Shown here: piece by piece, positions 1 to 13,289 of the stretch
Layout: each line of letters opens with the position of its first letter
Position numbering within the stretch: position 1 is the stretch's first letter
NCBI GenBank assembly: GCA_965644295.1
Contig: CBFFRP010000217.1
Coordinates: 124,001-188,000 of the forward strand
Origin: Paraphysomonas bandaiensis
Lineage: Eukaryota > Protista > Chrysophyceae
DNA length: 64,000 nucleotides
Direction: 5' to 3'
The notes under the pieces: generated by a model
The model's input: the letters and a program-made list of their open reading frames with translations, nothing else
What the model was told of the DNA's origin: nothing
Database searches by the model: none
Translations under genes and position numbers: made by a program

Positions 1-2625
1 ACTGAAGTCAATCAACATATTGAAAAACGGAATTGTTGAAACACAAATCGTGGCGCCGGATACTCCAGTGGATGGCCGTGATAACATCAATGAGTTTGTG
101 CAAGTTTTCAATAATAGCAAGCTGGCGAGGTTAGCTTATTTATCATACTTACTTGACAAGGGGTGGGATGGTGACACGGAATGCGCGACGGCCATTTCTA
201 TTTTCGGTGGAACTAATTCGGAGAGTGATAGTTTACCGGAATCTGTTATCATGCGGAAAAGTTTTAGCATCAGTGAGCCTATATCTCCGGACTATCAATA
301 TTGTCCTGGGGCCAGCGCTTCCTGGAATTCCACGAACTTATTGACCCGTGTTTTGCAAGTTATAAAGACTCTTCCATTGCCCGCAGAGTTTTGTGCGTAC
401 AAGAAGTTTATTGATAAACCTCGTCTTCGAAATTCTATTAAAAAAGGCTTTTTTTCACTTGAAGACCTTTTTGAGGTGTATCACGCATTTAGTCTGAACG
501 ACTATTCCCCCAGGCCTTCGAACAACTTTCCAGAGATTGGAGATAACACTCATCAGGAAACGCCGACTGAGGGTGACGATGGGTTACATTATCTGCGAAA
601 AAGCCTTGTCACCTATCTTAAAAAGGGCCTGATAGTGGAAGACTCACCCGCTGAATGGTGGGTTACAGGCGAGGACGACTTGCTCCTCATGCGCGCAGTA
701 ATGCAGGTGATTGCTTATACTCGAACATCATGTGCATCTGCATTTTGTTGACTATTGATATTCAGGAAGGGATGCCAGATTCGAAGGCTAAGCTTATTGC
801 TGTGGAAGAGTATATGATGTCTAGCCCGGACGGCCCTATGCAGAGGAAAGTGTCTTCTGAATACCAGGAAGAAACCTTTCTTGTTGGAGGCAGTGGATAC
901 ACCGGTGTGGAGCGAGATATATCCCCTCTGGACAAATATGAGGTAATGCGGAGGTTGAGAGACATAATCTCTATTCTTCGGTTAGTATGAGTGTTGCTGA
1001 TGACTATAAGATGATAGTTTCGTGCAGTAACGGGTTAGATGCAACCAAGAACAACTGGTTTTACAGCAATTTGGTGAAGAGTCTTGGCCGGTATGGCACT
1101 CCCTGGTCAGGTAACTGCTAGATATATTTATCAAATAGGTATGTCACCCACTCTCAGGAATTGATGATATTATCCGGAAAATAGAAGTAGAGGGATGCAT
1201 CGCTGACTGGGGAATTCCAGGTCTAGTCACCTGCAATAGATCAGTGGAGGATGAAGCAGCAAAGAATCTTCACCAAAGGAATGGCGGCGCTCTCCGCAAG
1301 GAATATTTACCAAGTTGGAAGGGATTAGCGGATACGCTACAGTGTAAGATCGTTAGGATGTCTATGCTTAAAGAACAAGCAGTGCAAGTTTTCGAAAAAA
1401 GTTCACAGGTAAACTGTCAAACTTGTGAATTAGCAAGATTGTAAATGTTAAATTATAGCAGACCTCTACCACCAAACAACTGGCCACTTTAGCCAGTAAA
1501 ACGAAAACGGTAAATGCACTGCGTCTCTTTCTGTGTTGCCACTCGGATGATAGAGCTGAGGAGCTTTTGCAAGAGAATTTCAAAGGTAACGCGTCGATGC
1601 AATACGTACGATCCTCACATCTTGCTGTGTCTGTAGATCTTTACGACCCCCTGAACTTTGGGATGCTACCCTTATGGTGGAGTCCGAAGCATGACATTCG
1701 GCTTCTTAAGTTGGTGTGCTTACATGGAATGGGTAACTACAAAGCTATGTTGACTGAACAGACTCCAGATCTAGATATTTCCACAGTTCCCCGCGATTTT
1801 GTGGTACCCCCTCGACACCCGAATGAGTACCCACCGGTGCTCCATATCACGCATGGCTTGTTATCACTTCGACTCAGCTCTCTTAGCATGTATATTAGTT
1901 CCCTGTTCATTAAAAAGGTGAATCCCGTATCCTCTGCTGTGTATGAACCTGCTCCTGAAGTCACAGCTACGCCTGTTGTGGTGCGTGCTCCTCCCATCCA
2001 CCCTATAAAGTTTCCAATGATTTACCAACATGGGATGGGGTCAGTCACCCAAGATTTGATTAAACAGGGTCATTGTCACTTTCAAGTTGACGCACCAGCT
2101 AGAATTGCCCCAATTAGTACTCTCATTGCTCCAAAACTTAACTACGATAGTGGAGTAGGGCGGGCGGACGTGCGTCCAGGTAGTAGTAGTAGTGGGTACC
2201 TCCTAAGTACGAGAGAACCTGAGGTCTATGTCCCTCAAGGGCTGAATGGGGTTTCTATTTCCGATAATAACCCGGTCTGTAATCAGGTTAAAGGTAGTTG
2301 TGCGGTTTCGATACCTCCTGTGAAGCAGGCGGCGGTTGGGTCCCATTGCTCGAGTATCGCAGTCTCCAGAGTAAATATAAGTGGTGGGATTAAACGGGAT
2401 CGCAGTCACAGTTGTGATGATGACAATGCACCAATTGATCTCACTGTTGTGGATAATCAAGGATGTGATCACAACGCACAACACTCTCGTTCCACTGAAA
2501 CTCAGGACCCAGTGCAGACAACAGCCCCCCCTGCCTTCTATACGTCCGCAAGTAAGAAAATGAAAGCGGCACCGTCTTCTCAAAGCAATACTATAATGCA
2601 CTTTTTTTCAAAAAAATCGGCATAG
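1..2625 (+). CDS. 3' part of a multi-exon gene, probable CHD6-9-like chromatin remodeller C-terminus (two SLIDE-like WW..D..LL motifs); 5' end outside the window
   Basis: ORFs 20-751, 655-990 and 1567-2625 can be joined by GT-AG introns (e.g. ATGCAG|gtgatt...ttcag|GAAGGG). The motifs PAEWWVTGEDDLLLMRAVMQEG and PLWWSPKHDIRLLKLVCLHGMGNY resemble CHD SANT/SLIDE-type motifs. No helicase domain is visible in the window. Confidence 0.55.
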
Positions 2626-2775
2626 TAGGCTATGTTGATATTCATCTTTCGTTGGATATATAGAAATAACACTAGGGCTCTGTTAACATAAATTAAGAAA
2701 TACTTTAAGGTATACCAGAGCTGGTACAGTTGTAGGATAATGATTGTAGCCGATTGCAGTCGAATTACGTTAGTG

Positions 2776-3045
2776 TGTTGAGATCTGAAGATTCTATATA
2801 CTTGCAATTGAGTGCAGTATTATGTGAGATGCAAGGATCGAAAGATATATATGTAATTAGTACATTATATTGTGTAGTATGAAACTGAAGTAGAAGTGGG
2901 TGACTATACAGGATACGATCACTGAGTGTGTGGTTTGTAGACTACACATCGAACACAACTTAGGTTCTTTATCATGTAATGTTTATAATTTTCATCTTAT
3001 CAGTTGAGAATAGTAAACCTTAGCAAATAATGTCAACTTCTGTTA
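2776..3045 (+). mobile_element. Solo LTR of the copia family at 38549-43842 (270 bp, about 23-bp internal deletion)
   Basis: TGTTGAGATCTGAAG...AACTTCTGTTA is the reverse complement of the LTRs at 38549-38841 and 43550-43842. It is flanked by TAGTG/TGGTG (5-bp TSD, one mismatch). Confidence 0.93.
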
Positions 3046-3553
3046 TGGTGTTCTTCCGCTTGCTGATAAATCATGTACTACTGCATATATATCATCCTTA
3101 TATATTGCGAAACTTCGTTCTGCTGCACATAGATTTTTTCTATCAAGACGAAATACGATTACTGTAATTTAAAATTTGAGGTTGTTAAAAGTCTATTAAT
3201 TTAGAATATATGACTAAACATTCCTTGAACTGAAACGATTCAACCACACACCACTTTCAGTTTTAATTAATATTGTTAGTGACTACATTACACATTGCAT
3301 GTATTACAAGTCATTCCGCTCACATTGGAATGTAAGAGAGACGGCATATAATTACGATAAATAAAGTAAGTTTTGATGGCTACCTATATAAACTAATTTT
3401 TCCCTCGTTTCTAAACTTTGGACGCGAGACGATACTCCTTATTCCTAGGTCGAAATTGTAGCTTATCCTCATGATGTTGAAAACCTAATATATCTAGAAT
3501 ATAGCTGATTAACAAACAAACAAAAAAATCAAAGTTTTATTTCATACATCAAT

Positions 3554-3667
3554 CAGGGCCTGGTTATCATAAATGGTAATGGCAGCAATAGCCATTATAA
3601 TTGCCGGGACCTATTATAATAACTGCCAGTTTAATTGCTGAGAACTGGACGGCACCCGGGCACCCTG
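3554..3667. mobile_element. hAT-like MITE (114 bp)
   Basis: Ends are CAGGG...CCCTG. Flanks ACATCAAT (3546-3553) and ATATCAAT (3668-3675) form an 8-bp TSD with one mismatch. Confidence 0.65.
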
Positions 3668-3809
3668 ATATCAATGGTATCTACCTTAGGAAATGGCTAT
3701 TGTACAAGATTAACTCAAAACCAAATTCTGTTAAGTGTTGACTTTCGTACATATGATGAAACTGAAATACTAGTGAATGTCTTGTTATTAGCAATATAGG
3801 CGTGTAAGA

Positions 3810-4200
3810 GTCAGAGAACAATTTAACTAACTAGTGCTAACTAATCTGCTTGTGCGTCACCGCAAGCACCAAAGTGCAACCACTTTGCTCTGCCATTCAA
3901 AGCAAACGCAGTGAGCAAGCAGAATGTTCCCTCAACCCTAACGCTAACCCTAATCCTGTCCTCTGCTAACTTCAGAATTTTTGAGTCCTTTAGGTGAGCC
4001 CATTTCATTGTTTTAGCAGGAATCCCAATAGCCTTGAGGTGGGCTTATTCTCGCATTCCTGTTTATTCGTCAAGGCTCAAAGACGTCGCCCTTGTACTAT
4101 TCAAACATTAGGCTATGTGTGGGCAGAAAACTATCTGCTGACTGTATATGCGGCTCATGTTAGTTTCTCGGAGAAATATCACTGGTACTTATCCCCGACT
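3810..4200 (+). repeat. Copy of a dispersed unclassified repeat family (probable degenerate TE)
   Basis: Shares blocks (CTGCTTGTGCGTCACCGCAAGCACCAAAGTGCAACC; GCAAGCAGAATGTT...TCTGCTAACTTCAG; TTCCTGTTTATTCGTCAAGGC; GGCTATG..TGGGCAGAAAAC) with 37250-38280 (-), 44290-44353, 52438-52475 and 61245-61395. Confidence 0.75.
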
Positions 4201-4963
4201 TTGTTGAGGATGAATGTGAAATACTGTATTTTAATGTGGCTTATTGTTGTCATTGATTGGTATGCATAACCCTGCCAGTTCAACTTCCTTGAATGCTGTG
4301 TATGTATGATGATAGGAGGCACGTAATCTTGATATGCACGACGTGACTCAAACCCTGAATGGACTGATTGCCACTGCTCTAAATCAGTTTCAGCATCAAA
4401 TGTGGTTAAACCACATTTTGATGACCTGATTTTGAAGATGACACATCATTGTGGTTTGCCTACAATTGTGTAATAAAATGAAATCACATTCAAATGACTA
4501 TCAAATTCATAATTAAGATACAAGATTGCTTCAGTTCTAACCGAATATTGAATGTCTAGATTTTTTCGGTGCTGATATGAGCGTTCTGTTGAACTCAATT
4601 CAGGTCGAAAGCATTTATTACGACAAAATGGGGATATATTACTATGTACTATGCGATGTCATGAGTTTGACCGGTGAGCATGTTATACAAATAATTGGCA
4701 CTTACAATTTACGTGATGAGGGGTTTACTACAGCACATTGACAAATGTCTAAAGCGTCTAAAAGTGCCGCCTTGGTGGATGCACAGTCTTCGATTGACAA
4801 GAGAGTATACTACATACGTCGACGATTCAAATAAAGTTATATAAGGTACCCAATAATCGTAATTACATCTAAATACAAAATCAGTCACATAAAATATAGC
4901 CCACTATATTGCGTAATAACGACAACTCACATAACTTAACACAAATTTCCTCGCTACGTAAAG

Positions 4964-7900
4964 TTAATATTTTGAACCAGAGTTCCCTTCAGATGCTTTC
5001 GGCGACGCAAACATAGATTTTGCCCACCAGTGGTCTTCACTTCTGACTCTCTCAACAGTATCTAAGGTATGACAAAGAGATTGTGATTTCACTCCATATT
5101 GGGGTCGAATTGCATGTAAAGGAGAAAGACGTTCTGAACTCGATGGCAGAGGAAATCCATCTTCTTCGTCACCGCTCTGACAGAAGCTCCACTCGTCCAC
5201 TGACAGATCATCCGTAGGACGGTTTACAATGTCTTCATCCTCAGCTTGCTGCTTGTGCTGCTTATCTCCATCTATTTTGTATAAATGTACTCCTGGAATT
5301 TCAGACCTCCAGGAGTCAACAGGGGATATATTCTGCTCTACTTCGGATATGCTACTCACTTCACTACAGTTCTCTCTATCCTCTTCTTTATGTAGTATGA
5401 TACTCATAGTATCTCCAGGAACGCTGACGTTATGGCTCGTCTCGTGCCCGCACTTATTTAAATGCGCAATCGTGGACTGCATCAGCCGGGAGTGGATAGG
5501 TTGATATACTACACGTGCAAAATCTGCTGTATCCACTCTTGCAGTCTCCTCAGCCTTATAATCCTTCTCATGCCCTTCTCTGGAAGCTATAATGCGTTTA
5601 ATAAACTCAAATTTCTGTGAGTGCTGATGATGAAGAGAAATATGCTCCTGAGATGGCATATACACGCCGTCGACTGCGCGTAGAGCCGCCTGGTCACGAG
5701 AAAAGTGGGTAACATTGTACATACGTTCAAATATCTCATGGCCCTTTTTACTGTACTCCAGATAGGCCCTAGTGGGCTCATAGAGACGAGACTGAACTTC
5801 TTCGTAGGATACGCTGTCATAATGAGGAATAGAATGCTTGTGATGGTGGCCGTGCCGCTTTCGATGATCATCTTCGGTTTCACTCTCACTGTCTGGCGCC
5901 TCAAGTGCTGAGATGACGTCTACTGTCAACTGAGTAATATTTGTATTTCTATTACCAGTGGGCGTGCACGATCCGCTGGTGCTCGATGAGTTTGACCTTG
6001 GCAGAGATGCGTGCGGATTACCTTTGTGATGTTGCCGCCATGAGTTCGTGGACTCAAAAAGGCGAGACTGAGAGTGTTCATAGTTAGACAGGGATTTCGA
6101 TTTGCTGACCACAACTCTACTGTCCTGTGCTTTCAGCATACTTTCTTCACTATTCCCTCCTCTAGACCGAGGAGCAGATGGGTTAGGCATGCTACGGAGA
6201 GGGTTATTTTTATGGTATTCAATCCATGCATCGGTGGGCTCAAACAGACGGGACTTAACATGATCGTACTTCGACTTATGACCCTCCAGTGCAAAACTCT
6301 GGCTGTGGGAAAGCGAATGAGTTGAGGGCGCCACTTCTGGCGTTAACACATCCGATGGTTTTTGGAGCTGTCTGTGCTGCTCCACCCAGGCATCAGTCGA
6401 CGCATAAACACGAGGCTTCACATTATCATATCTGTCTCGAGGTGCATGACTAAGTCGATTCTCTTCTCGACGGAATATTGGCAATGGGCTTTCATCGTCA
6501 TCTTCTTTCGCATTTAGTGCAGATGCCACGGCAATCGCCACCTCTCCAGGTGTTTTCTTGTCCATACCTTCAGCAGGAGTGGCGGAACCACTATTGCAGA
6601 CAGACCCATTTGACGATACTGAATCGGACCTCTTCCCCTTCCACCTTCCCATTTCAAACGCCTTGGTTGGCTGCGATAATCTGGAGGGCACATGGTCATA
6701 GCGATGGGACCGAGGGGGTACATCCATGTCGGATTCGTTACTCTCTGGTGTCCTGTGTGAACGGCTCCGGCCACTGCTATGACTAGTCACGGGCCCAATA
6801 GGAGAGACTGTACCGCCATTATCTTTTGACACTTTACTGGGGTCTGAGCGAGTTCTTCCTATTTCCTCACTTTTCGTCCACTTCCCCATCTTCGAAGCGG
6901 CTGTTGGCTGGAACAGGCGGGAGACAGTGCCCTCATACGAAATCTTCCCGTAGCTAGGTATTTTGAAGTCTGTCGGGATTGACACCTCCCTGGGGTCGGA
7001 TTTTGAGGGAGGGGTATTCCCAACATACCTCTGCTTCAGTGATTTGACACTATGCGGTCTATGCATATTTCCAGCCTGTTGTCTCATTTGCATCGGACTG
7101 ACGTCCTTGCATGAAGATTCGGGGTGCGCTTTGGACGTACTCACAGGAATACGACTCCTCTTTCCTACACTATTTACAACAACGAGGTTATCCTCTACTT
7201 CAACACTCTGTAAAGCATGTATGACTGCAGCGGCCATTTGATTCGGTGAATGTGATGAAGCACGAGACACCTTTTCACTCGCCGTACGGTGCGAAGGTGT
7301 GCGAACCGGTGTGACAGCTCCAGAATTGCACTCAGATTGGGGGGCCGACCTGTGAGCTACGTCCCCTGTCCACCTGCCATGTTGTGAAGCCTTTGTCGGC
7401 TGATCCAACCGAGACTTCACATGTTCAAAAGACATTTTCCCATGTCTCGGCAGACCCTTTCCCTTACGTTTAGGTGGAATTAAGTCAGACTTCCCACTTT
7501 TCAGATCGATCTCTTCGTCGCCACGGCAACGTAAAGATAGTGTACCGCTCGTGGGTCGAGGAGCAATTGGTATTTTAGTCGTAGAGCAAGAAGACAAAGC
7601 TTCAGCGTCACTAACGTCTAACATTTTATCCCATCGATCTGTTGTGCCTACCTGTCCATCCTCATCAGCGACTGGTGAAGGCTTCAAACAAGTGTGAGTA
7701 AATGTGAATTGAATGAACATATACGTACACAGTCAGCAAAGCACCATGACTCGTCATCATCTCGCTCCAAATCACAATGTGCTATACACAGGCGAGGAGG
7801 CTCTGCTATAGGTAATGCCGGTTCGGAGTAATAACTTGGCAGTACTCCACGACTGTGAGTACTTATAGTATTACGTGTGAGTCGATGTGGGGTGTATCCA

Positions 7901-9691
7901 TGAAACGAGTTCGACACTGAATGGGAGATTGTGTTTGGCCAAGAAGATCGCAAGAAAGACCTCTCAATCCGTGCATGCAAGTTCTTTGCACAGTCTTTCA
8001 ACTGCAATGAATAGCAACATTAGCACAGTGTTGGTATTATAATCGACTACAGTGTCTCTCACCAATTGAAGTGGGATAATGTCAAGAACGCATCTGTTCT
8101 GCTCAGGCCACAACCCCTGGGTAGACGTAGAACACGGGGAGTCAGAAGGACGAGAACAGGAGATACCAATATCCACCCAAGATTCATCCGTGCTTGTCAA
8201 GGAATAACTCTTTGTTGCGCCATCTTCCAACTTGTCGTTGTCATCATTCACAATGCAACATTTCCCTGTGCTCTCTACTTCGCACATTAGGTCACAATAA
8301 CTTACAGTCGGGACAATGCATTACCTTCAAGAGGTGAAACAAACGCTTCCGCTTGTCGTTTCACACGGCCAATGCGCTACACCCAACGTATTAATCTATT
8401 GAAACAAACGACATTTCACCAACCTTCGCCTCGTCCCGCAAATCGGATAGCTCGGAATTCAGTATGCGTCTTGCCCGCCACTACACAATAGTCACATATG
8501 TAAAACATTGTGACCTATAAAAACCTCACCTCACAGATCTCCCGCTCAAACTCCTCTAGCTCTCGCTTGCGCTGGTCCTGATATACGTACAATATTGAGT
8601 GAGCATATTAGGGGCGCTGCATATGTTAGGACCTCCTCCGGGCTCATAGGTAAAGCCAGATTTATCTCACTTTCCTTAGGCCTCTCGCCACCATCCTGTG
8701 CCACATTTACCACAAAGTTTGCGAAATCTCTATCTCCCACCTCTACAGCTGCTATCCACTTCCTAGTAGCCAGCGTGCGCGCCATGTCCATCGGAGTCAT
8801 GCCGTTCTGTCAGCAGTACTGTCATTCATGATAATACTTCAATTGTACATACATCGGTCAGAATAGAAGTATCCGCACCCTGGGACAGTAGCCACATCAC
8901 TGCACACTCACTTCCGGAAAATGCAGCGGAGTGAAGAGGAGTCTCTCCGCTCTACGCAAAGTGAAAGTTCACAAAATAAAATACACATCACGATTGAATA
9001 CCAAGTTGCGGGAAGCCAAACACACGCGACAAGATGTGACCAGATATTTCATAACCTCCACATGGTCCCATATTGCCGCCCGATGAAGAGGGGTGGCACC
9101 GTCCTTTTGGTGCATATCAATGACAGAAATACTTGTGGTGGTGCAAGTGTAATACCTCGTCCTGTGCGGAGGGATCAAGTCCACTTGCAACCAGAAGCCG
9201 CACAACATTTTCATAACCACACGCAGCAGCCCGGTGTAATGCGGTTTCACCATCCTGATTTCACATTTAGTTGCAACAAAGATACTCGCAAATCTAATGA
9301 CCCTATTCACTGCCCGAGTGCTTGCGCCATTCCGCAGTAGCCATCCCACCACTCGTTCCTGTCCTCTACTTGCCGCTAAGTGCAGAGCTGTATTCCCGTT
9401 CTAGTATAAAGCAGCATCACATATATACAGGAACATGAAGTACAGTGCTGATACCTTAGAAGGTAGATCTAAGTCCACCCCCTCATCTCTTAGCTTCCGC
9501 AGTACTTTCAGCTGTCCTGACTGAGAGGCGGCGTGCAGTTTATTTCGGCCTAATATCACGCGATGTTTTTTCTGTGTGTATATCCGTTACATGATTAGTA
9601 TGGTCTGATCGCATCTCTGTCACATCGCATCACATCACACTCATGTGTTCACCTTATCAGATGTTTTCGATCTATGGCCTTTAGCAGTCAT
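4964..9691 (-). CDS. Multi-exon protein: about 4 N-terminal ankyrin repeats plus a long disordered region with 8 Y/F-x-x-x-x-S-R-L-x-x-P/S-T repeats
   Basis: Spliced reading from ATG 9691 gives MTAKGHRSKTSDK|KKHRVILGRNKLHAASQSG..|NGNTALHLAASRG..|DGATPLHRAAIWDH..|SGETPLHSAAFSG..|NGMTPMDMA. Downstream exons at about 8290-7960 and the 918-aa ORF 4964-7720 are on the same strand. That these all form one gene is inferred. Confidence 0.75.
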
Positions 9692-10481
9692 GCTTCAACC
9701 TTCCACACAGGTGAGCTCCTCTATTATGACTGACTCTGTGGGCACGGTGTTATCTGGGCTCCATCTAATGATGGCAGTAAGGTGAGCCTCAGTGATAAGA
9801 GTAGATCAAGTCCGACACTGTGATGATACTGTACGAGTATGTATATACTGGTACACTGATATTCTGGTACAGATATACTGGTATAGTGTGTACTAAATTT
9901 TTGTACTCGCCTGCCTGACTTTAGACATACAGCAGTACGTATGTGTGTACTGGTGTACGATCGTGGCATGCTGTGTTTACATAAAGTACGACAACCGTAG
10001 AATACAGCAGTTCATGCAGCACCATAATGCAATACATGATTCCAAAAATGTCGGGTTTTGGTATCTTTGGACGTACTTTTATGATATTTTATTTGAACAA
10101 GACGTAGGCCGGAGTGCGTCTACCAATGTATGTACCGTACTGCTGTACGGGGTTGTACAAGATCCACCAGCAGTATGTTCAATGTGGTATCAAAAAAGCC
10201 ATCCCATGTGCGGTGTGAAGGAAATGAAGCTACTGTTTTTTTACCTTTGAATGTCGTTGTTGTTGTTGAAATCATTCTGGATTCATCTCACAGACAGACA
10301 TACATACATACATACATACACCACACTCTCCCGCACCGCATAAGATTTGATTTCAATCAAGACAGAATCTGAATTGTTGAGGTGTAGAAAAGGATAAATC
10401 TTTTGTCATCGTGAATTAGTATCTGTTCGCGGCTAACAACTATTGGTATTTATTAATTGTGTCTCGAAGACTCTACTCTCA

Positions 10482-11973
10482 ATGGGAAACTGTGGAGTAT
10501 GTCCATTGATATTTATGGCAACTTGTACTAATGATATGATGATAGAGCTCAGAAAAGAGTGTGCAAAATCCTGGGGCTCCTTCTAGATTACCGCATAAAT
10601 CAGCACCAGTTCCTCATGTGTTTGATAAAATGTATGAGCTGGGAGAGGAAGTAAGAATATAAATATAAAGCATAATATTCATCTTTGTGTAATATATTTT
10701 TAGCTGGGCAGTGGCGCTTTCTCTGTTGTTAAAGCTGGCACTAACAAAGCGACAGGGGAAAAGGTTGCTGTAAAGGTTATTAACAGACATACTATTTCCT
10801 CTGAAGACGAAGCAGCCCTCACACAGGAAGTGAATATAATGAAGTCGCTAGATCACCCGAATATTGTGAAGCTCTACGACTTTTTCCGAGAGAAGGAAAA
10901 GTACTACCTTGTTCTAGAGTACCTGGAAGGGGGCGAACTCTTTGATCGGATAGTGGCCAAGAAAACTTACAATGAAAAAGAAGCACGGGACGTAGTGTCC
11001 CTAGTTCTTTCTGGCCTGAAGTATATGCATGATAGGAACATTGCCCACAGGTTAGTATGTACTCTCTACCCCATTAATTCGGGCTCTACTGACTTAGTCA
11101 ATACAGAGACCTCAAACCCGAAAACCTCATACTAGCGAGCAAGAAAGATGATGCAAATGTGAAGATTGCCGACTTTGGGTTTGCCTCGCGCAAGAACCAA
11201 GGAGGTGAAGCGATGGCGACTCAATGTGGTACGCCTGGCTACGTGGCACCAGAGATTCTCAGGGGTAATGCCTACAGCAAAGCTGTAGACATGTGGTCCA
11301 TGGGGATCATCACTTACATCATCCTTGGGGGGTATCCGCCGTTCCACCACAGCAATCAGGTTAAATTGTTCAAAAAAATCAAGAAAGGGGCATTTGAGTT
11401 TCATCCCAAGTACTGGGAGAATATATCGGTTGAAGCAAAAGATTTTATCTCCAGCCTGTTGCAGTTAGATGTCGAGAAGCGGCTGACTGTGGACCAAGCT
11501 ATAAATCATCCTTGGGTATGCTGATATATTTATTACCCTAAACCTATCTGATATACTGCTCTATTCTCTCTCGCTGTGCAGTTTAAAACTGATGAGAATG
11601 CTCTTGCTGGTAATGATCTAGAGTCTACTCAGAAGGAGCTAAGGAAGAATCAGCTCAAGAAAAAGTTCAGAGCTGCAGTACATACGGTAAGTGGACCTGT
11701 GGTCAGTAGTGTATCTGACGGGTGTTGAAGGTTGTTGCTGCCGAACGTATGTCTCGAGCACTTGGAGGGCTGGGTATTAAAAAGGAACCGATATCGACTT
11801 CAGATATCAGCAAAGACGAAGAGCATGACGACGACAAGGACTCGGGAGGGTTCCGGGATGATGAAGGAGAGGAGGTGGAGAAAGTCTCCACCGAAGTAGC
11901 AGTGAGTGGAGGCGAAGGTGAAGAAAAGAGAGGGGCCGAGACAACTGCTGATCAGGACAGTAACCAAATGTAG
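10482..11973 (+). CDS. CaMK1-like Ser/Thr protein kinase with MGNCG N-terminus (myristoylation/palmitoylation signal)
   Basis: Exons give MGNCG|SSEK..YELGEE|LGSGAFSVV..VAVK..HR|DLKPEN..DFG..CGTPGYVAPE..DMWSMG, a C-terminal CaM-binding-like segment KKKFRAAVHT|VVAAERM and an acidic tail. Introns are canonical and short. Confidence 0.92.
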
Positions 11974-13289
11974 AGTATACTGGCAATATTATATATCTGA
12001 ATTTCGGGGAGTGTCTGCTGGGCCCGAACTGGGTGGTCAACAAGATATTGCAGCTTAGAATTCATGTAGCACGAGTGTTTTGATGTGGTTACTGAGCATT
12101 CATGTGTTTTATAACTGGGTATTATTTCTATGAAAATAGGTATTCCGCATTTGCAGGGAAATAACAAGTGTCACGGTCATAGAATGTAGCAGAAGCAGTA
12201 GTTTTTGATTTTCTCAACTTCACGTCGAAAGAATATAACTTTCACATGATATTACGACAGTTTGGTCACAATGCGTTTATGATGCAACTCGCATATCACT
12301 TAGAGTTTTCGCCGACATATCTCCCACCCGTATATAGTGCGTGAGAGCCTCCTATCGACCTCACCCATGTTAGCTTTCACAAAGATGACTAACCATTCAC
12401 AGTAAAGCAAGTTATCGGCAATGACTGTACTAGGGTATAGCCGTCCTCCCCTCCTTTGGCAAAAATGCGCGCGACTTCTCATCTCCACGCATGGCATGAC
12501 CCACAGTCTTGCGTAACAATTAATAGAATTCCCAATTAAATTAATTAGTAAAAAGTAAAAATGATAAACGCAATTGCTATTGGTAAATGTTGCCAATTAA
12601 TAATTAATAACCAATTACTTGACAGGCTTAAGGCTTAATAGTATAGATAGTATCTTAAGCTTTTTCTAGCTACTGATCATGGGTGCAAACTCATTATTTG
12701 TTAGCATATATAGATGAACTTGAATGAATATGCACTGGAGACAGTAACTTTGGGTGGGATAGGATTGTAGTTCAGGAACTATTCGAAAAAGCAATATAAC
12801 TGAAGTTGGATAAATAACGCTCATAGTTGGATGAATGTTATTGTATAAAATCGTGACTAAGATAAGATTAGTAATAAAGGCGATATAAATTTAGCAATGA
12901 CTGACTAAAGATGGCTTGCCTGCCTACTTTTATGTGAGTTCAGTGTTCAGTATCACCTAACCCCACACATTCCGTAGATAACTGATGTACGAAAGTAGAG
13001 TAGAAGATATAATTTGGATTGAGCTCACCATAGCTTTGGAATTGTGGCTTCAGCTCAATTGAAAATCTCGTTGTTAAAATACCGTATAGTATTCGTCACA
13101 TAGACAACACGACATCGCAGTGAAATTATACTCACAATCAGGCAACTCAAAAACTATTACTTTCGGTATATTAGAGTAAAATTATGAAACTAACTTTACA
13201 TAATTTCACTTAACGTGCTTTCACAGTTTGAACAAACACACAGTACAAAGGCTCATGGCGCTAGGTGTTCACAACTATATAATCCAACT

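Noticed and set aside
3994-4269. Short ORFs with mutual similarity (3994-4269, 37232-37480, 37650-37877) as a small protein family
   Set aside because: The similarity is explained by the shared DNA repeat. Starts, stops and frames are not conserved between copies.
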